From NCBI GenBank assembly GCA_021513695.1, contig CP084166.1, positions 2,848,001 to 2,912,000 on the forward strand: a DNA stretch of 64,000 nt, in the 5' to 3' direction. The stretch comes from Candidatus Heimdallarchaeum aukensis. Its GTDB lineage: Archaea > Asgardarchaeota > Heimdallarchaeia > Heimdallarchaeales > Heimdallarchaeaceae. Shown piece by piece: positions 59,871 through 64,000 of this stretch. Position 1 is the stretch's first letter. Every line of letters begins with the position of its first letter. The position numbers and the translations under genes were made by a program. A model generated the notes under the pieces. The model made no database searches. It was not told the origin of the DNA and saw nothing but the letters and a program-made list of their open reading frames with translations.

Positions 59871-61328
59871 TTATATTTTTTTATATAGTGCTTTTGATAC
59901 TTTTTTGTATGGAAAAAACATACAAAATAAAGAAAAGGACAAGTCTTTAGAGTGATGGTTCACATAATATAATTTATTTTCTTCGAAATTAACTAAATTC
60001 AGTTTGTTAGAACTCGAAATTTGTTCAGTAAAGTTCATACTAATGAAAGCATCAACTGTATAATGATCTGAACCTGTATTAGCATGAGGTGTATCTCCTG
60101 TTGTCGAATTAATCAAGCTTTGTGCAAAAAACTGGTTAACTACAATGTAATCTATTCTCCCAATAGTCGAAGGATTTTCAGGGCCAAATGTGTAACCTGG
60201 GTCAGTGGGGTTTAAAGTTCGAAAAACATCTGTGAAGTTGTGAATCTTTGAAGAATATTGCCCATAATTTGTGTCATTTGGATAAAGTAACATTCTCATA
60301 GGTCCATCTCCTAAATCAACTTCAGGAGCTAGTTCTCCCACATCCTCTGGGCTGTGGCTGTTGAAATCGCCTAAATAGATAATTGGTACTAATCCTAATT
60401 CATCCATATAGTTAATTATTCCTTCTTGTTCGAGTTCTCTTCTTTGTTCATTTGTTTCTCCTGTACTTGCTTTAAGATGAGCACCAATAATGTGAACTTC
60501 TACACCACTAATGTTAACCACCCCTTCAATAAAATCATGTGTAGGGTGATATGTTTCTCCATTATCTAAAGTAAGAGTGTCAATCTGATTAAAATCAATA
60601 ATAGGGTAACGACTAACAATTGCTTCTCCACTAGTAGAGTAAGAAATCCCTTGAGCTGTATATCCTCTATAAGGAGCTTCTTCCAAGAAATAATCATTAA
60701 AAACATTAAGATATTGATAGAAACTACGGTTACCTGCATTATCCCAATCTCCAGTCTCAACAAAAAGACAAATATCAGGATTTTCTTCTTCAACAACTTT
60801 TATCCAATCTGGTTGCTTCCCACTTTCTAGAATGTTGTACGTCATTATTTTGAAAGCATCATCTGGTGGAGAATACTTGATATTGTCTACAATGACGGTT
60901 ACATTTTTTATATTACTGTTTTTATGCTTATCAGTTGCTTTAACAGAAATGGTATGGGCACCTTCTTCATAGTCAGAAGTATCCCAGATATATGTGGTGG
61001 TAGTAGAAACTAAAACATTGTCAATATAAAGCTCAATTTGTAATTTATTCTGTTGTGTCGTGTCGTCAACAACTTCAAAAGAGATATTAACAAGATTATC
61101 AACTATTTGAGCAGGGGTGGGATTATAATATGTTATTCTTGGAGCAGTTACATCTTTATTAATTGTTATAGATAGTATTACTCCAAGAACTATACATGTG
61201 ATAACAAATAAAACACTAGAAATGATTAATAACTTTTTTTTCATTTTATTCAAGTTTGAAAGCTCATTAGTGCTTATAGGTTTTTTCAATGATACTTGAA
61301 TTATGCTTTTCCTTTTTGTTTTCTTCAT
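59871..61328 (-). CDS. membrane-anchored endonuclease/exonuclease/phosphatase (EEP) family protein with N-terminal Ig-like domain
   Basis: N-terminal TM LLIISSVLFVITCIVLGVILSI. EEP motifs FKIMTYNILESG, PDICLFVETGDW and GSDHYTV near the C-terminus. 4-nt overlap with the upstream transporter gene. Confidence 0.55.
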   Translation of the reverse strand: MKKTKRKSIIQVSLKKPISTNELSNLNKMKKKLLIISSVLFVITCIVLGVILSITINKDVTAPRITYYNPTPAQIVDNLVNISFEVVDDTTQQNKLQIELYIDNVLVSTTTTYIWDTSDYEEGAHTISVKATDKHKNSNIKNVTVIVDNIKYSPPDDAFKIMTYNILESGKQPDWIKVVEEENPDICLFVETGDWDNAGNRSFYQYLNVFNDYFLEEAPYRGYTAQGISYSTSGEAIVSRYPIIDFNQIDTLTLDNGETYHPTHDFIEGVVNISGVEVHIIGAHLKASTGETNEQRRELEQEGIINYMDELGLVPIIYLGDFNSHSPEDVGELAPEVDLGDGPMRMLLYPNDTNYGQYSSKIHNFTDVFRTLNPTDPGYTFGPENPSTIGRIDYIVVNQFFAQSLINSTTGDTPHANTGSDHYTVDAFISMNFTEQISSSNKLNLVNFEENKLYYVNHHSKDLSFSLFCMFFPYKKVSKALYKKI

Positions 61329-62635
61329 TTAAAAGAAAGTATTAGACTATTTTCTGATAGGAATAAAAGATTGATTGCAGCAAGTGCAATGGCTATTATG
61401 ATAAACAAGAGGGAAATAGAATAATCAGCAATATATCCAAATAAAGGGGCAATTGCTAAAACAATTATGGATTTCAATTGTGATTCTGCACTCAAGATTG
61501 TAGCTCGTTGTTCTTTTTTCATAATTGATCCTAAGTAATCAATAACAATTGGCCTTCTAGCGTTTGCAAAAACGTAAATGATTAAATAAAGAAAGACTAC
61601 TACTATTGGCAATTGTAACCAAATAAATGCTGCAGATAATACTAACACTATTGAAAAAGAGTAATAGATGATGTCCATTGTTTTTCTTGAACTTTTGAAC
61701 AAATTTTTTATTTTGAACGCATTTCTGGAAGATATTGAAGAAAGAAGATAAAAAGAAGAATAAAGAACACCTAAGATAATTCTTACCAGGTTCTCTTCTG
61801 AAATATCAATTGAAGATAGACCAAGATTAATGATCATTACAGCAATAAATACCTTAACTATTGGCTGGATATAGTCTTTAATTGATTTATAGACAGCATC
61901 GTAAGAGGAAGAAGAAATTATACCTCTTCGTAAATCCCTGTTCTTGAGAGAAATAAAGAGATCTCTGAAACCAGAAACAAACTCTGAAAAAATGCTCTTT
62001 CCTTCTTGAAGATTCTTTTTATTCATATAGGATGGATAAGTAGAGATCAGAATTAAATCTGCAAGGTAAGGAACTATTGCAAAAGGAAAGACATATCTAG
62101 GTTCTGGAGCAAAAACAACTAGAAAAATTGACAAAATTCCATTTAATGTTGAACCTATAAGAGACCATGAACGAGTAGTCCCATAAACAAAAGATTTGAA
62201 TTTAGAATAGTTATTTTCATCCATCCAGTACAAAATCATAGCTTTATGTGTTCCAGAGCGAAAAGCCTCTCCCATTCCAAATAATAATGGACCTATAGCA
62301 AGAAAAGCAAAAGAGTGAATAAGGTTACCTAAAGCAAAAAAGTAAACAATAAATGATGCAATATAAAACAAAAAGCATAACATTAACTCATTTTTTTTAC
62401 CAAACTTATCTGCAATAATTCCACTTGGAATCTCAAAAACATAAGTAATGATTTCTTGAATAAGAAGTAATAATCCTATCTGAAAAAGATTTAACCCCCA
62501 GGCAAGAAGAAGGAGTAAAATATAGGGTTCATAAAATTTTAAATTTTTGAAAAAACCGTAAAGGCGAAATTTAATCATAATTGGTTCTTTTAGTATTTGT
62601 TTCTGAATTATCCTTTCCTCATCTTTTTTGTTCAT
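61325..62635 (-). CDS. MFS-like transporter
   Basis: 436 aa with ~12 TM helices. Motif-A-like GIIADKFGKKNELM after TM2. Confidence 0.45.
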   Translation of the reverse strand: MNKKDEERIIQKQILKEPIMIKFRLYGFFKNLKFYEPYILLLLLAWGLNLFQIGLLLLIQEIITYVFEIPSGIIADKFGKKNELMLCFLFYIASFIVYFFALGNLIHSFAFLAIGPLLFGMGEAFRSGTHKAMILYWMDENNYSKFKSFVYGTTRSWSLIGSTLNGILSIFLVVFAPEPRYVFPFAIVPYLADLILISTYPSYMNKKNLQEGKSIFSEFVSGFRDLFISLKNRDLRRGIISSSSYDAVYKSIKDYIQPIVKVFIAVMIINLGLSSIDISEENLVRIILGVLYSSFYLLSSISSRNAFKIKNLFKSSRKTMDIIYYSFSIVLVLSAAFIWLQLPIVVVFLYLIIYVFANARRPIVIDYLGSIMKKEQRATILSAESQLKSIIVLAIAPLFGYIADYSISLLFIIIAIALAAINLLFLSENSLILSFK

Positions 62636-62877
62636 TATGTCCCCTTCGAATGATTAGCGCAAATTAGTTTTTTAAAGATTCTTAGTTTTACAGATTAACT
62701 CTTGTTCCGTTTTTTCTTTATTGGATTAGTTTTTTTCACAAAATCTGCTTAAAAAAATGTTTTCTAATATTCACTATTTTTTTCTCTCTTTTTTAGTTCA
62801 AGCGTAATACCCATATAGATTTCAATTAACACGTGAATATTTTCTCAGTTTTTAAATTGAAATCTTTATAATGTTTC

Positions 62878-63084
62878 ATGATGGAAAAGAAACAACGTTC
62901 TGAACAAGTAGTAAGACTAGTAAAATGCAGTGTAGATGGAGATGAATGGTTTGATATCTCTGAACTGCTAGCTCTCTGTGCGATAAATGAACACTATGCT
63001 TCAAAAGATTTAGATGCTGTTTTAGATAGATATAACAAAGGACACATTATACCAGTTGAATATGTATTATATAAAAAAGAATGA
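62878..63084 (+). CDS. small hypothetical protein
   Basis: 68-aa ORF, acidic, no motif. Could be spurious. Confidence 0.2.
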   Translation: MMEKKQRSEQVVRLVKCSVDGDEWFDISELLALCAINEHYASKDLDAVLDRYNKGHIIPVEYVLYKKE

Positions 63085-63147
63085 ATCGGTTAGCTTTTCT
63101 TTTTGCATTTCCTAAAAAAATATAAACTATTTCACGCTTTTTATTTT

Positions 63148-64000
63148 ATGGAAATTCCAGAGATTTATGCTTTTATTGTAACAAATAATAGCGGAATACC
63201 TAAACTTTCAATAATTTTTGATGAAGAATTCAAAGTTGATGATGTACTTTTTTCAGGTTTTATTTCAGCTATAACTCAATTTCTCTCTGAAATCCTTTCT
63301 TCAAGAGAAATGCATACTCAATTTGCTCAAGCTGATTATGAAGGATTAATAACAGAAATTGGTGAAAATTATTATTGTCTTGTAGGAAATAATATTTTCT
63401 CTTTTCATTTCGACTTCTATTACCAATTATTTTCATTTATTGAAAAAGAAATATCAAGTGAAATTGTAGATGAAAACAAAATAAATCAAGTAAGATCATT
63501 ATTGATGAGCGCAGTTTATACCTATTCAAATCCTGAACTGGTTATTCCATTTAAGGTGGAAGAAAGTACTAAAGAAGAACTTTGGGTAAAAGAAGCTGAA
63601 ATTTTTTACAATAGCATTGATGGAAATTCAAATTTGAAAGAACTTTCCTCTAAAACAGGAATAAGTATTGACAATATTTTCGCATTTTTCATAATTCTTC
63701 AATGGTTAGATATTATTTCCTTTAAGATAGAGGTGCGAGACTATCTTATTTTAGAAAAATCTGTAGGTTTTCTGATTGATAATATAATTAAATCACAGAA
63801 CAGAATTACAAACGAGATCAGTGCTGAAAGTTATGAAATCTACAAAACTATAAATGGAAAGAAAACTGTTTCAGAGATTAAGAAACAATTTTCCACTTTA
63901 GATGTTAAATTAATCATAGAAGATATGTTAAGAATGAATATAGTAAAAACTGTTACAGAAACTAAAGCTTTAGGTCTGATAATTTCTGACTACTTTAACT
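63148..64000 (+). CDS. hypothetical multidomain protein (partial, runs off window end)
   Basis: ATG at 63148 opens a frame with no stop to position 64000 (>284 aa). Not in the ORF track because it is truncated. N-terminal beta-alpha-beta-beta-alpha pattern, then two winged-helix-like segments (KELSSKTGISIDNIFAFF..., VSEIKKQFSTLDVKLIIEDML). Confidence 0.4.
   Translation, partial: MEIPEIYAFIVTNNSGIPKLSIIFDEEFKVDDVLFSGFISAITQFLSEILSSREMHTQFAQADYEGLITEIGENYYCLVGNNIFSFHFDFYYQLFSFIEKEISSEIVDENKINQVRSLLMSAVYTYSNPELVIPFKVEESTKEELWVKEAEIFYNSIDGNSNLKELSSKTGISIDNIFAFFIILQWLDIISFKIEVRDYLILEKSVGFLIDNIIKSQNRITNEISAESYEIYKTINGKKTVSEIKKQFSTLDVKLIIEDMLRMNIVKTVTETKALGLIISDYFN

Noticed and set aside
1-64000. 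tRNA, rRNA, integrase, transposase or prophage features
   Set aside because: No GC-rich islands resembling tRNA or rRNA were seen in intergenic regions. No tyrosine/serine recombinase or transposase motifs occur among the ORFs. The only mobile elements supported are the two inteins within mcm.

Overview
This AT-rich (~30% GC) window is densely coding, carries archaeal gene content, and shows no rRNA or tRNA genes, CRISPR array, integrase or transposase. Several eukaryote-like signature proteins point to an Asgard-type (Lokiarchaeota-like) archaeon: an ESCRT-II Vps22/EAP30 homolog, a Rab/Ras-like small GTPase and a Psf2-like GINS subunit. Core genes I can support include tandem myo-inositol-1-phosphate synthase paralogs, a geranylgeranyl diphosphate synthase, an asymmetric heterodimeric ABC exporter, and indolepyruvate:ferredoxin oxidoreductase (iorAB). 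A four-subunit 2-oxoacid:ferredoxin oxidoreductase (por/vor GDAB) is also present, along with CTP synthase, a DRG GTPase, Rio2 kinase, an Sm-like protein, a NurA-like/HerA-like pair and a Hel308-type helicase. Further supported genes are a 1466-aa MCM gene interrupted by two inteins (one a LAGLIDADG type), CDP-archaeol synthase, an HDAC-family enzyme, deoxyhypusine synthase, peptidase T, a hexulose-6-phosphate synthase-like enzyme and a TaqI-like N6-adenine DNA methyltransferase. The features I find most unusual are, first, a translationally coupled module of a Cys-rich mini-protein, a P-loop-less KaiC/RecA-like pseudo-ATPase and a Rab-like GTPase with His at the catalytic Gln position. Second, a family of three signal-peptide/TM-anchored right-handed beta-helix surface proteins; the largest has nine thrombospondin-type-3 calcium-binding repeats, a single TM helix and a ~340-aa cytoplasmic coiled-coil/winged-helix-like tail. 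Third, the MCM(2 inteins)-Hel308-GINS replication cluster. Fourth, short palindromic or direct-repeat candidate operators upstream of the por operon and of the large beta-helix gene. Every call comes from reading motifs in the supplied translations and sequence. No database search was run, so family assignments rest on recognisable motifs and should be confirmed by HMM or structure searches.
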